Assembly (NCBI GenBank): GCA_003427395.1
Contig: BFEA01000019.1
Location: forward strand, 5,389,619-5,453,618
Direction: 5' to 3'
DNA: 64,000 bases
Origin: Chara braunii
Lineage: Eukaryota; Plantae; Charophyceae
In this document: positions 50,277-62,492 of the stretch, piece by piece
Position numbering within the stretch: position 1 is the first letter of the stretch
How the letters are laid out: each line of letters starts with the position of its first letter
Made by a program: the position numbers and the translations under genes
The notes under the pieces: model-generated
Told to the model about the DNA's origin: nothing
The model's database searches: none
Seen by the model: the letters and a program-made list of their open reading frames with translations, nothing else

Positions 50277-51174
50277 ACCACCACTACCTCCGGTCCTGTT
50301 TTTGCCAACCCTGGCTTTTGGATGCTCCCATCGGAATTTTTTTCTGGTACCCAAAGGAAAACGTATCTCGTAGTGGCGGTTATATTCACAATAGAAGATG
50401 GGAAAAAAAAGCAAACAAAAGCTTTGATGTCTAAAAGCAGTTGGATGCATTCTCCCAAGTACCAGTGTGAGGATGCCCTCAATGAGGGCGTTTCAGCCAG
50501 GACAGTCAGGTCATCAGACTGAAAAAAGAAGAAGACGAAGAAGGGGGGGGGAAATGAAACGCCCTCATTGAGGCGGTTTTATTCACAATAGAAGAAGGTG
50601 AAAAAAACAAACGAAACCTTTGGCCTCTAAAAGCAGGTCGATGCATTCTCCCCAAGTACCAGTGTGAGGATGCCCGCAATGAGGGCGTTTCAGCCACGAC
50701 AGTCAGGTCATCAGACTGGAAAAAGAAGACAACGAAGAAGGGGAAATAACAAAGAAACTCTGCTGTGGCCGTGAAAGTTGTCTTATACAGTCTTCCAAGT
50801 GCCAGTATCAGTTTGCCCTCAGCGAGGGCATATCAGCAAATCACGGAATACACGCTGCCTCACTGCAAGGGCACTCAGAGAAAAGAAAAGAAAAAACACG
50901 AAAACAGCGTGGTCTCTATCTTACGTAGAATTGGCTCTGTAACCGCCTTCCCTGACGTCATAGATCTCGGTACGTTTTCTTTTTTTGAATTTTTTCTGAT
51001 TTTCTTCCCTGACATCATAGATCATAGATCTCGGTAAGGCGGCACCACAAGTTCCAAATATTTTATTTTTCGCTGTTCCTGGATGCGGAACCTGCCTGGG
51101 ACCTTTGAAAAGTTGGGAGTAGGCTAAATTAAGAATTGCCCTTTTTCCCAACACTGAGAAAGGTAGTGGTGGCT
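50277..51174. mobile_element. TTAA-family TIR element, 898 bp, abutting the previous copy
   Basis: TTAA(50273-50276)|ACCACCACTACCT...AGGTAGTGGTGGCT|TTAA(51175-51178), with an internal ~240-bp duplication. Confidence 0.75.
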
Positions 51175-51899
51175 TTAACCCGCAGCGGATTCAATCGACT
51201 TCTCACTGATACGCTCATGGTGGGACAGTTCTTGCAGTTGATTGAAACACGTGTGCACTTCATTGGGAGAAGGTTATGTTCTCCCTCACAGCAAAAGATG
51301 CATGGAAAGCTTTCCTGAACTTGCCCACTCTCATTGACCGAGTAATCTGTGAGTGATCTCCCCTCCCCTCCTATGAGTGCACTCCGTTCTCACCTCCACG
51401 TTCCTTTAAGTGGATATATGTGGAAGTATGATACAACGATTCAGAGAAACGTGTGATTTCTGAGCCGAATGAATTGTATCGAGAGAGGGAGAGAGAAAGC
51501 GAGCCTTTATCGGACAGGAAATATTGCTTGCGATCATTGCAAGACTGCGCAATGTTTCCGATAAGAAAGAGAAGCGTACTGCTGGAAGCTGCCATGGCGT
51601 CGGCAATGGGAAACGGCAGTTTGTCAGTACTTGCGTGAAATCAGCTATCAGAAACACACGGCCGTTTTCAGGAACACGAGCACCGTCATTATGGACCTCA
51701 CTCCAGCTCTCACCAAATTGCAAAATGAGAACAAATATTTCCCTAGAAACGAGAAAAAATATGTTCAGTTTGTTATTGTGGTGTGTGGTGGCGGGAGGCC
51801 CTAGACATTTGTAGAAAATCATGGAGGAGCAACGGTCGATTGACGAGTCTCTTCGTTTTGCGAAAAAAGAAAACAAAAGGGATAATGAGTGTTGCGGTT

Positions 51900-51998
51900 C
51901 TGCAAGATAGCTAGCTCGGATACATTCCAATGGATGTCCGAGGGATAAGTACTGCAAGATAGCTCGGATACATTCCAATGGATGTCTGAGGGATAAGG
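51900..51998. repeat. ~50-bp tandem duplication
   Basis: TGCAAGATAGCT...CATTCCAATGGATGTC.GAGGGATAAG occurs twice. Confidence 0.85.
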
Positions 51999-52719
51999 GC
52001 TCTGTGAGGAATAAATGAGGTGAAAGAGGAGGACCCCGAGGGCAGTCACAAAAGAGATGCATATTTCACTGTCCGGCTGCGCAACACTGTGAGCTGAGTC
52101 ATTTTTTTCTCTCTTGTCGGATTTCCCTCTGAGCGCCAGTGTTTCAACCTTGGGGGGAATTCATCGGTCATTTCACGCACTCTACCTTTTATGATACGAA
52201 CGATTTCCTTGATTCTGCAGTGCGAATCAATTCAGGTTGTGAGGTGAAATCTGTTTTTTGAAGGTCGGTTGCATATATTTCCCTTATGCTGGGCATGAGT
52301 GGATTGTGATTGTGCAATGAAACTCACTTCGAATCTTGGATGCAAAAAATAAAAGTTGGCGAAAAGCTTTTGTCTTGAAACAAAAGGTTGTGGCCTGAAG
52401 ATTGGCAATGTAAAACTTTTGAAATAGAAATGAGCTTAAAAAAGCAACGGCCCAATGCACGAAAAAGAAAAAGGCCAGCGCTGTGGCCGTGTGCGTGGCA
52501 CTCGAAAGCAAGAGGTGCCTGGCATAAGGGCAAGGCCAGCATAGCAGATAGATGCACACACGCATTAAGAGTCGAAAGAGACTTTGCAGGGTTGATGTGA
52601 TAAAAGCCAACCACTTTTGTTAGGGCTATCACTTGCTCTTTTTGTGACGCATGAACACGGACATACAGGAACAGAAACACGCACAGGCACATGTGCTCAT
52701 GCACACACACACAAATACC

Positions 52720-52767
<48 letters not shown>

Positions 52768-53999
52768 CCACCGAAAGGTGGGTAGCCTAAAGCTTACCTG
52801 TTCACCCTTAGTGACTATTTCTGTCCTTAGCAAGGGATTCCCTGTGACAATCCCTGCAAACTGTGCCATTTCTCACTGGGACTGGGGACTATCCCAGTGG
52901 AAATCAACCAGCATCATGGGCCAGCAGGGGAAAAAACTGGAACTGCTTACCTGGATGGTGCATTATGATCAAGGCTGTTCAGGTCGGTGCTGGCAGTTAT
53001 TCTGGGCTACTGGATGTTGCCACAAGCTCATCAAGTCGAGGACAGTAGTGGTTCAAGTGATGGTTCCACCAGCAGGATCATCGACAAAGTGGTACCATAG
53101 AGGAGAAATTGTCTCGCAGGACCATCAAAGCCATGAAAAAGTACCTTTGACGGTGTAGGGCTTGGTTCGCTGATCGATGAGGTCACTTCTGGGAGGTGAT
53201 AGATTCTGTCAAGCAGGAGAGAGGTACTCTGAGGTTGTTGCACTTGTGATGGCCACAATCAGCGGTGCCGAGGAGTTGGGGTCTAGTTCCACCACCCACC
53301 GTTTGCGAAGGTTCTGAATGCGTCTGGACAAAGCAATTGTCCAGATGCATTCAACATGTTAGGGGACGGCCAGTGGTGCAACGATCCTCTTAATGCCCGT
53401 TTCAATCATCTTACCTGCAATTCAATTTCACTAGATTCACATAAACAGCCCATACGTACCCGAACAGAAACACACACAGGCACATGTGCGCATGCACACA
53501 CACATGTACATACGTACCCGAACAGAAACACGCACAGGCACATGTGCGCATGCACACACACGTAACGTACACACGTAAATACCCGTGAGTGTTCAATGGA
53601 ATGTTAACTTGTGCTGATGGAGATAGAAGATCTGCCAGCGATTGTCGATGGTGGAAACTGCTCGTTTGGGGTGGGCTGGTCTCATTCCTAATTTATGTAC
53701 ATTTTCGAGTGGTTGTGTCACACACTTCTCATCAATCGATACCCAATACCTTCAGATGAAAACTTACCTTTAGCAAGGTGTCCCCAATTTTGTTATTTGG
53801 ATAGACAAGGTGTTCTAACCATTAGCAATCCATGCCAGACTGTCAGATGTTCAACATGTCTGTCGCTAGGGAGCCGTGCTGTCGTCCATTCTCTTATTCG
53901 TGTTTCACTGGTCGCTCGTTGACAGTTTCCGAAGCTCAGAGTTATGGGAATGATATATTATTGGTTCTTGGTTTGCTTGGTTTGATTGGTTTTGTACAG

Positions 54000-54478
54000 A
54001 CATGACACTGCTGGACTTCTGCATGTCGTTACCCTCGTCACATGAGGCAGGCGAGTACCTCACCCAGTACCTAGGTTCGTTGCCGGCCATTCAGGCTTTC
54101 AAAGCGGAGTTCTTGAAGCGTAAGGAGATGACGCCTTTGAATGTTATCCGTTCAGAGTTTCCCCTGAGTGAGGCGGTGATTACCGACCAGGCGAAGGGGA
54201 ACGGCACTGGAGCTCTTGGTGGCGGCAATCAAACAGCGGCCTCGTCAAGGAGTGTTGCCCAGGAGGGGGCATCCGGCTCTGTTGAGAAGAAGGCCTGGGA
54301 GGAGAACGAGGATGGTACAGGGCAGCAAGGAGAAGCATCTGGTGAGGGAGGCACTGCGAGCAATGGTGGAAGGAAGAAGAAAGGACGGAAAGCGAAGAAG
54401 GTGGACCCATCGCTGCTTGGGTTCAACGTGCAGAGTAATCGAATAATGATGGGGGAGATACAGATGATTGAGGACTGA
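54000..54478 (+). CDS. EXA1: GIGYF/EXA1-family protein, exon 10 (terminal)
   Basis: TACAG|AC. Encodes DMTLLDFCMSL...EYL..YLG...FKAEFLKRK and the EXA1-type terminus KKVDPSLLGFNVQSNRIMMGEIQMIED*. Confidence 0.95.
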
Positions 54479-55039
54479 GGAGGTCGATTTTGGGAGCAGT
54501 ATCGGATAGAGAGATGTGGGGGTTTGGAGAGGGAGTGTGAGCGAGCAAGGTAGGGAGGAGCTCTGATCATCTCTGCAGTTGTGTTATTCTCTTCTGTGCT
54601 CTAGGGTCAGTTGCGCTCCGTGCACAACTCTGTGCCCCTGTACTGATAGCTTTTGAAATTCTTTAGGATCGTAGGATATGACGATTTGCCGAGGGCTCCA
54701 TTTCCCTGAAGACGATGACGATGTGGGAATCGCATTGGCCATACTTCTTTTTGGCTTTTGTGTTTTCTGACTTGGCCTTCCATTATTCTGTTTGTTATCT
54801 CTATCTTGAATCAATGGAGCATTGCACCATGCCATCCATCCTCTCTCCTGTTCCTGGCCTCCCTCTCGTCGTCTTTTCCACTCCAGGGTACAACACGGAA
54901 CTCAGCAGCTTTTTTCATCTACGAAGTTTTTTTTTTTTTTTTTTCCCAATGTTTCCTCCATGCTGTCCGATGCCAGTGCGGTTTGTCTTCCTCCTGATTT
55001 GCTGCCTCCACTGTCTTGGTTTGCTACCTGGTGCACCCG

Positions 55040-55335
55040 AACCAACCGTATTGGTAGCAACCGGTGCATCTATTTTTGTGCTTATCGGGTGCGCCCTCAA
55101 CCAACCGTATTGGTAGCAAGCGGTGCATCTTTGTGGGTTGTCTGATACCCGCATCTGCTGTCGTGCTCAGTGAATGTCAGCTTTGGTGTATCTGTTGTGT
55201 ATGTATGATGATGTCGTGTACGGACTCCGGAGGGATGCATGTGCATGTTTGTTGGAGAGTGTGTCATTGGTTGATTGAGGAGAGTGTGGCGTTGTGTGAT
55301 TGAGGAGAGCGTGGCATTGGTTGATTGAGGAGAGT
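55040..55335. repeat. Short tandem duplications downstream of the stop codon
   Basis: AACCAACCGTATTGGTAGCAA.CGGTGCATCT occurs twice and GATTGAGGAGAG three times. Confidence 0.75.
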
Positions 55336-56846
55336 TGTTGCCAAATTAGGCAGTACTTGTCACCGCAAAGAGTCTCGTCTGCGGCAGTTCTTGTTGGAGA
55401 CGTGCTATATTGTTTGACTGAGAGGAGAGCTGGTAGCCACTGGTATTCTTCCTGTATAAGGGGAAAATGGCTCGTCTGTTGCTGTGCTTGTCTGCGATTG
55501 TGAATCAGGAAGCGCACAAGCAGTCCCTTCAGATCTGCAGTTCCCTTGAGATCTGCAGTTCACCACGGTAAAAACATGTGGGGTAATTCTTGAAGTTCTG
55601 TCTGACGGGCAAATTTTGCTTGGCAGATCTTCAACATAGATACCTGCTGATCAACACGTCAACAGTTCAAGACTCAGAACTGCATCGTGTGGATTTTGAG
55701 ACGGCCCATGCTTGTGTATATTACTTGGAGACAGGAACGGAAATGGGAACGCCTGGTAGCCGGTATGCCAGGTGTTCTGATGGGTGTCGTACCTTTGTGT
55801 ATCGGCGTTGGCGATGGTTGTTTCTCTACTGGCTTACTTAATCTCCACCTCGTTTACTTCTCATTTGGTGTGTTTTTGTTGAAACCTTCGTCTTTGTTTT
55901 TCTTTTTCTTTTTCTTTTTTTTTTCTTCTTTTTTTTTTTTAACCTTCGTCTTGATGTGGAACTTGAAGTTGCAACTCTTTCAAGACGAGGAGATGCTACG
56001 AAAGCGACAAAGCAATTGCGCTTCAGCTTCAGGCCAATTATGATCTGGGGCTTGTGAACGTTTGTGGGGATCATTCCTTATGCGCTTTTTTTTATCGTCG
56101 GATGTTTGCAGTGAATAGGCCAAGGTGAGAATGGCTAGGAGTACTCTGGTTTACGCGCTTCAAATGAAAGTCTGTATTTCGTTTTTGAGAAGCTTTGCAT
56201 ACCTCATTCAATTGAATGTCTCGCTGTTGTCTTCTCTGCTTTATTTTTCTCTGCAAGTCCGTGGATCATTCCCGAAATTCCGCTTTCCTGCCAGTATTTG
56301 CCTAGTGCCGTCTGCCCAAAATTGAAACGAGAGAGGTCGAGTCACACAGATGTTTTGAGATGATGACTCGAGTGCAGCTGATGAACGCTGTACTGCGGTT
56401 GTAGCTTGTCTTTTCAGATGTTGTGAAACTTCTAGCAGCTTTTCCTCTTAAAATGAGACTGCCCACGAGGCTTTCTTCCCTCCTAGCCTCCGTCCTCCTA
56501 TCCTTCCTCACCAGACAGCTGTTTACCGGAAACCTCAAATGCACCGGAGGACGATATTACATTCTATCTCCTCCAATGCTTCCTCGCCTTTGCCCCCTGG
56601 TGCACCATTGATGTACGCATTTGTTTGAGAACTATGTGCACCTGGCAGGTGTGCGTGCACCACGTGCATCGCGCATGTGCGCGCTGTGTATCATAATGCG
56701 TCGGTGCACGCGTAACTGCGGGGCATGACCCAAGGCGGTGCACCCGGTGTGCAACCTTTTTTTTTTTGTTATGCTGTCTGTGCTGCGTTGCACATTACAG
56801 TGCCAAAATCCTGCGTTTGTGTGATTCCCCCACCTGGTAGAGCTTT

Positions 56847-56901
<55 letters not shown>

Positions 56902-58339
56902 GCACACACACGCACACGCACACACAAACACAAACACACACACAAAAGCAAACGAGTGCAACATATTTGAACAAACTTGCAAATTTCAATAAACAGGATT
57001 GAAATTGGAAGGGAGGCATTGGAATTCAGCAAACAGAAGGGTGAAACGCGGCTGTACGCACCTGCAGGTGGTATGGTGGATGCACAGTTTATGCACGAAA
57101 CACCAATAGGCAAGAAAAAAAACACACATAGCACATTGCACCACACCATCATCAGTTCACCGATCACGTCCCCCTGTAATAAGCAGACGACATGTGCAAG
57201 TGAACAACAGCAGTGGGATCAGATTGCAAAGTTCATAACTTCAGAGTGTTCACAACTTCACAAGCTCACATCTATTCAGAATTCCGCCCTCCTTTTGCGT
57301 CCTTCCCCGTCGGTTGAGGAGCCGTGTCCTCTGTTGTTTATTTTTCCACAATTTCTGCTGGTGGACGCGTCCCCCGTACCATGCACCCATGTGCAGTGCC
57401 CATGCCCGTTCCTCCGTTTACGACACCGAGGGCGAGGGCTGAGAATGGCCAAATATCTGCATCTCCCATTCTCTATACTGCACAGGCTTTAAGCACTTGT
57501 GCGAGTCGTTTTCCTTCGAGCGCAAGAGGGTTATGTCCTTGGCCTTGCACTTATGGTCTTCGTCCTCGTCATTTCACTGCCAAGTTCGCACAAGCAGTGC
57601 CCCTCCATCCACCTCTTCCACCTCCATGTCATCAGCGGTGTCCGCTGCGTTATCATCGTTGGACACCGCCGACGCTAACCACATTTTGTACCACTCTTTG
57701 ACCTAGTATGCCTCCACTGGTTGGTCATGTGGACCTACTCCTGATCACCATGGGTGTTACGCCAGATCGATTGGGTGTTCCAAGTGTTGAGCTCCAACTT
57801 CGAGAGTCTCTATCGCATAAGCTTTGTGTCGTTCTCTGAAAATGAGCTCATAAACAAAGATGAATTAATAAAAGAAACAAGTTTCCTATATGAAATGGAA
57901 TCAATGGGAATAAAAGTACATTGTTCTCGTGGACTAGAAGGCATTACAAATGCTTTTTGTTTTTAAACAGAGATTTTGATAATTGAGCTCTCAAAGCCAA
58001 AGCAATCTAATATACTCGGAAAAAAGCCACGGTTGTAGGCTCGATAGCTAGAGAGAGATTAATTACTCCAATGGTACTTTTTTTGAAGTTTTTTCTATTT
58101 TTTCAACCATCGCTTCAGTTTTTGGCGATATGGTTGTATGTCATAGAAAACCAGTTCATTTCGTTTTATTTGAAATTATTTCTCATTTTCCAATTTCGGT
58201 CGCATGACGACCAGTTTGCTTGGCGAATTTTCTTATTTCCAATTTTACATAGATTATCATTAGTATCATTATAATATAAGATTAGACAATAGAAATATAT
58301 GATCTGTATATATTTAATATCTATGCCAGTGTCACATGG

Positions 58340-59212
58340 GGATGTGAGGCTGCCAGTGTCACATGCGGCACATCCACTGCTCTCAACAATTTGAATGGCC
58401 TTTGGAGGTGGAGTCAATTGTCGACTTGGCGGCAGAGATCTTCAAGAGTGGCTTTGTCTTTCGGCATCCACGACAAGGTCAGAGCTCAGCCAAGGGCTGG
58501 CTATTCCCAGTGATGCCCTTTCACGACGAGCTGGAGAGTAAAGCCAAATGTTGAAACCCGTATAACCTTAGGATCCTGCTTTGTTAGTGTACAATATCGG
58601 TACTCCGGGTTGAGCATGGACCATAATCTATGCAGTGGAATGCTGGGGTCAAACTGTTGAGGCAAGGCATCCTTTGGAGGAGCATATCCATCTTAAAGTA
58701 GAGATTCGACATTCTGGCACACGGGCCATCAACCGCGTGTAACAGTTCCATGGCAGAGACATCACTGCAAGGGTCTTCTCAACCTTTTACCAAAAGTCGG
58801 TGTTTGCCAGCATGATGGAAGTGACCTCACGGAAAGCGGCGAGCTGGTCTGTTCTCACCATCTTATCCAGCCAGACCTTGTTGCAGATGCACTTCTCGAA
58901 TGCATTCCTCCTCCTCCTCAATGAAGCCAGCATGTCGTGACTTATGTCGAATGGGGTGATTCGTCAGACGCTTCAACTTCAATTTATGGGATAATTTGTC
59001 GCAGAGGGCCCTCTCCTTATCCACATTCGTGACAAGTTTGCCAACAATCAGCAGCCGCCGTCATGCAATTCAGGGTATGCTCAGCGCAGCCAACATGAAA
59101 AATTTGAGGGTGAGCGGCCTTTACCATCTTACACTTTCACACTCTTACGTTATCAATGACAACGCTGACCACCACAGTTGGGGCAATGTCCTCGATCACT
59201 CCAAGGATCTTT
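58340..59212 (-). pseudogene. hAT transposase remnant (DUF659/RNase H-like core)
   Basis: ILGVIEDIAPTVVVSVVIDNVRV*KCKMVKAAHPQIFHVGCAEHTLN (the TDN and CxxH motifs), then DFW*KVEKTL and LNPEYR. Contains stops and frameshifts. Confidence 0.85.
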
Positions 59213-59559
59213 AAATAAGCTGCTGTGTTTTCATACACACCGTTTTCCAAAAAACAGTTTCTAGCCGGGATTAAATCGTCAATATCCGGATGGGGGCACT
59301 TGCGTTTCTCAAACGTAACCGTCCAACATCCCGTGACCTGCCACTTTCAAGCCATAGCTACGTCGGACGGGATATAGGACCGAATCCGGACCTCGAAACA
59401 CGGACCTCCTGGGCCCTTTTGGACTCTCGGAACACCGAAATTCTCCGAAGAATCTAGACTGGTTCGGATTTGTTTTCGGATGCTTATCAGGATACCCCAT
59501 ATTTGTCGGGGAAAAAAAAAAAAAAAAACCTCGTACATATATGCATTGCCTCGGTGTGT

Positions 59560-59824
59560 GTGCAAGGTGAGCAAAATCGGAATAAATCTCCAGCCAGAAC
59601 ATGGAAAATACACTGCCTCACTTCTTTTTCTTTTTTTCTTTCCATATACGTATCAACAAAGTTGCCTGCCAATGTGCAGAATGAAAAGGAATCTTCCGCA
59701 ATAACATAGGAAGATACACCGCTAAGGACAAATACATTAAAAAGGAATTCCGGTGTGAGTATGGACAAAGGTGTTGTCAAATGCAAATGTCGCCGCATAT
59801 GCACGTGCACGCTCGCGCATGCAC

Positions 59825-59882
<58 letters not shown>

Positions 59883-59905
59883 ATGTAAGTCTCCAATCTC
59901 GTGGC

Positions 59906-59943
<38 letters not shown>

Positions 59944-60136
59944 AGGTGAGTCTCAAATCTCATGGCTAGAGAGAGAAAACAGGTGAGTCTCTAATCTCGT
60001 GGCTGACCTCATGGTACTTGCATTGATAGGATGAGCAAAATCGAATGAATCTACCGCTAGAACATATTGATAGGATGAGCAAAATCGAATGAATCTACCG
60101 CTAGAACATTAAAATATACACTGCCACACGTGTGCA

Positions 60137-60177
<41 letters not shown>

Positions 60178-60301
60178 AAAAAAAAACAGGTAAGTCTCCA
60201 ATCCCGCGGCTGACCTCATGGTACTTCCATCAATAGGATGAGCAAAATGGAATGAATCTACCGCTAGAATATGAAAATATGCACTGCTACATGTGTGTGT
60301 T

Positions 60302-60386
<85 letters not shown>

Positions 60387-60525
60387 CAATAGGTAAGTCT
60401 TCAATCTTGCGGTTGACCTCGTGAGGAAAATCGAATGAATCCACCACTAGAACATGAAAATATACATTGCCACACGTGTGTGTGCGTGTGCGTGTGCGTG
60501 TATGCGCGTGTGTGTGTATGTGCGC

Positions 60526-60560
<35 letters not shown>

Positions 60561-61060
60561 GGAGTTTTTCATCTATAAGATGAGTAGCGCATCGACTACG
60601 GTTGGCCTCATGCTACTTTCATCGATAGGATGAGCAAAATTAAATTTATCTTCTACTATAACATGTAAATATACACTACTACATTTGTGTATATGTGCGT
60701 GTGTGAGAGAGAGAAAGAGATGGAGTTCTCCAACCATGGAGAGAGGTTACTTTTATCGATAGGATAAGCAAAATTTATCTTCTACTATAACATGTAAATA
60801 TACACTACTACAATTGTGTATGTGTGCGTGTGTGAGAGAGAGAGAGATGGAGTTCTCCAGCCATGCACGCAGAGAGATAGAGAGAGATTACTTTTATCGA
60901 TAGGATGAGCAAAATCGAAACGAATCTTCCATTAGAATATGGAAATATACACAGTCCAGCCATATGCGCAGAGAGAGAGAAAGAGGCTACTTCCATCGGT
61001 AGGATGAGCAAAATCGAAACGAATCTTTGCTAGAATATGAAAATATATACTGCCAGTGTT
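59560..61060. repeat. Composite tandem repeat: conserved core interleaved with (TG)n(AG)n, inserted in the hAT remnant
   Basis: GATAGGATGAGCAAAATCGAA...CTAGAACATGAAAATATACACT recurs ~8-9 times. The same core occurs at ~32150-32360. Confidence 0.75.
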
Positions 61061-61699
61061 TTTTTTATGTTTTATTTTGCATTTGTAAGGGAGGGTGAGA
61101 GAGAAAGAGAGACAGAGAGAGGGAGAGGGAACAGGTCAGTGCCATATATTTTTTTTGCGTTGTATGCATTGAATCGGCACACGCTAAAACGGGGAGTTAT
61201 GAACTTGTATTCCAACATGAGTAGCGCGCCGACCTTGAACACGCTGAAAGGCTGCGATGAACAATTTGAATGGAAACAAGGCGCCGCCATGGAAGAGTTG
61301 TTCGCCAGGCATAAAACAAGACCGTCCACCAACTAATTGCATTTGGGGCCCAAAGTTTATTTTCCGCCCCTTCGGGATTATGCCTAAGGGAAATATGGGC
61401 CATTTTTTTCCACGTGGCCTAGGGCATGAAAAAATACCCCCGGGCTGCCCCAAAAAAAATTGGTCGTTGGCCTGGGGGGCCGCCATCCGCACTGGTTACC
61501 GAAAACTAGTACCTGATGCCAGACTCCGGTTTGGATCCCTTTCTAGGGGTTTGGATCGTAGCTATGTTTAAAACGCATTGTCCAACCTCTTCGTTCGTGC
61601 CTCGTCCTTGTGGTATGACAACCATGACGAATGCGTCTTCGTCTGGCCCTTTTCGGGGGACCGGCGGAAGGGAAGAGACTGGTAGAGCACGCCGCCACT

Positions 61700-62070
61700 C
61701 TCCACCGCGTCGTAAACTCAAGTACTGATTGTCGACAAGATTGAAGGGTTGGTTCGTGCAGATCGAAAAGTTGTCAAGAAAGCGGTCATTGTGCTCTCTA
61801 TGAGTAATAATGTTATCCGCGACCTCTATGAGTATTTGCCTCATCAGTTGACCTGCTTGGGCTGCTGCATGGCTAGACTCCCAGAAGTGACACAGACGAC
61901 AGTGCTTCACCTACATCCGCATCCTCCAACCGCCAGACTATTGATAGATGGTAGGTTGTGTGCCGTTGTAGTAGTCCGCACCCGCCATGAAGGTGTTCGT
62001 CGAGATCCTTCTCCATACGGATTCCCTTGGCCCTTCTCGGTCTCTCTTGAATCACAAGCGGTTATCGGGT
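61700..62070 (-). pseudogene. Probable N-terminal part of the same hAT transposase (BED finger-like plus PFNLVDN segment)
   Basis: VKHCRLCHFW followed by FSICTNQPFNLVDNQY. Same strand as, and upstream of, the 58340-59212 fragment. Confidence 0.5.
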
Positions 62071-62094
62071 AGATGAAAATTCAAGAATGAAAAT

Positions 62095-62492
62095 CCTGAA
62101 GTGAGAGTTTTTGATAGTTTGAAAATCCTGAATGGTCCTGAATTGGTGAAAGGTCCGAAGAACCTGAAAACCACATATTTTGGCAGGCTGCATACTGCAC
62201 TGGTGAAGGGTGTCATGAAGTGGTCAAGTGAGAGTTTTTGACAGTCTGAAAATCCTGAATGGTCATGAAGTGGTGAAAGGTCCCAAGGCCATGAAAACCA
62301 CCCTTCACCACTTGAGGATGCAGTCTGCCTAAACAGGTGGTTTTCAGGGTCTTCGGAGCTTTCACCACTTCAGGACCATTCAGGATTTTCAGACCCGAAT
62401 GGTCCTGAAGTGGTGAAAGGTCTAAAGACCCTGAAAACCACATGTTTAGGCAGGCTGCATTCTGAAGTGAAGGATGTCCTAAAGTGGTGATC
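62095..62492. repeat. ~125-bp unit in direct-direct-inverted-direct arrangement
   Basis: TGAAAATCCTGAATGGTCCTGAAGTGGTGAAAGGTC...GAAAACCAC at ~62120, ~62246 and ~62397, and as reverse complement at ~62302-62394. Confidence 0.8.

Noticed and set aside
52850-53420. Coding-like minus-strand segment (also 63200-63560)
   Set aside because: Probably decayed LINE ORF1, but it has multiple stops and no diagnostic motif, so I did not call it.
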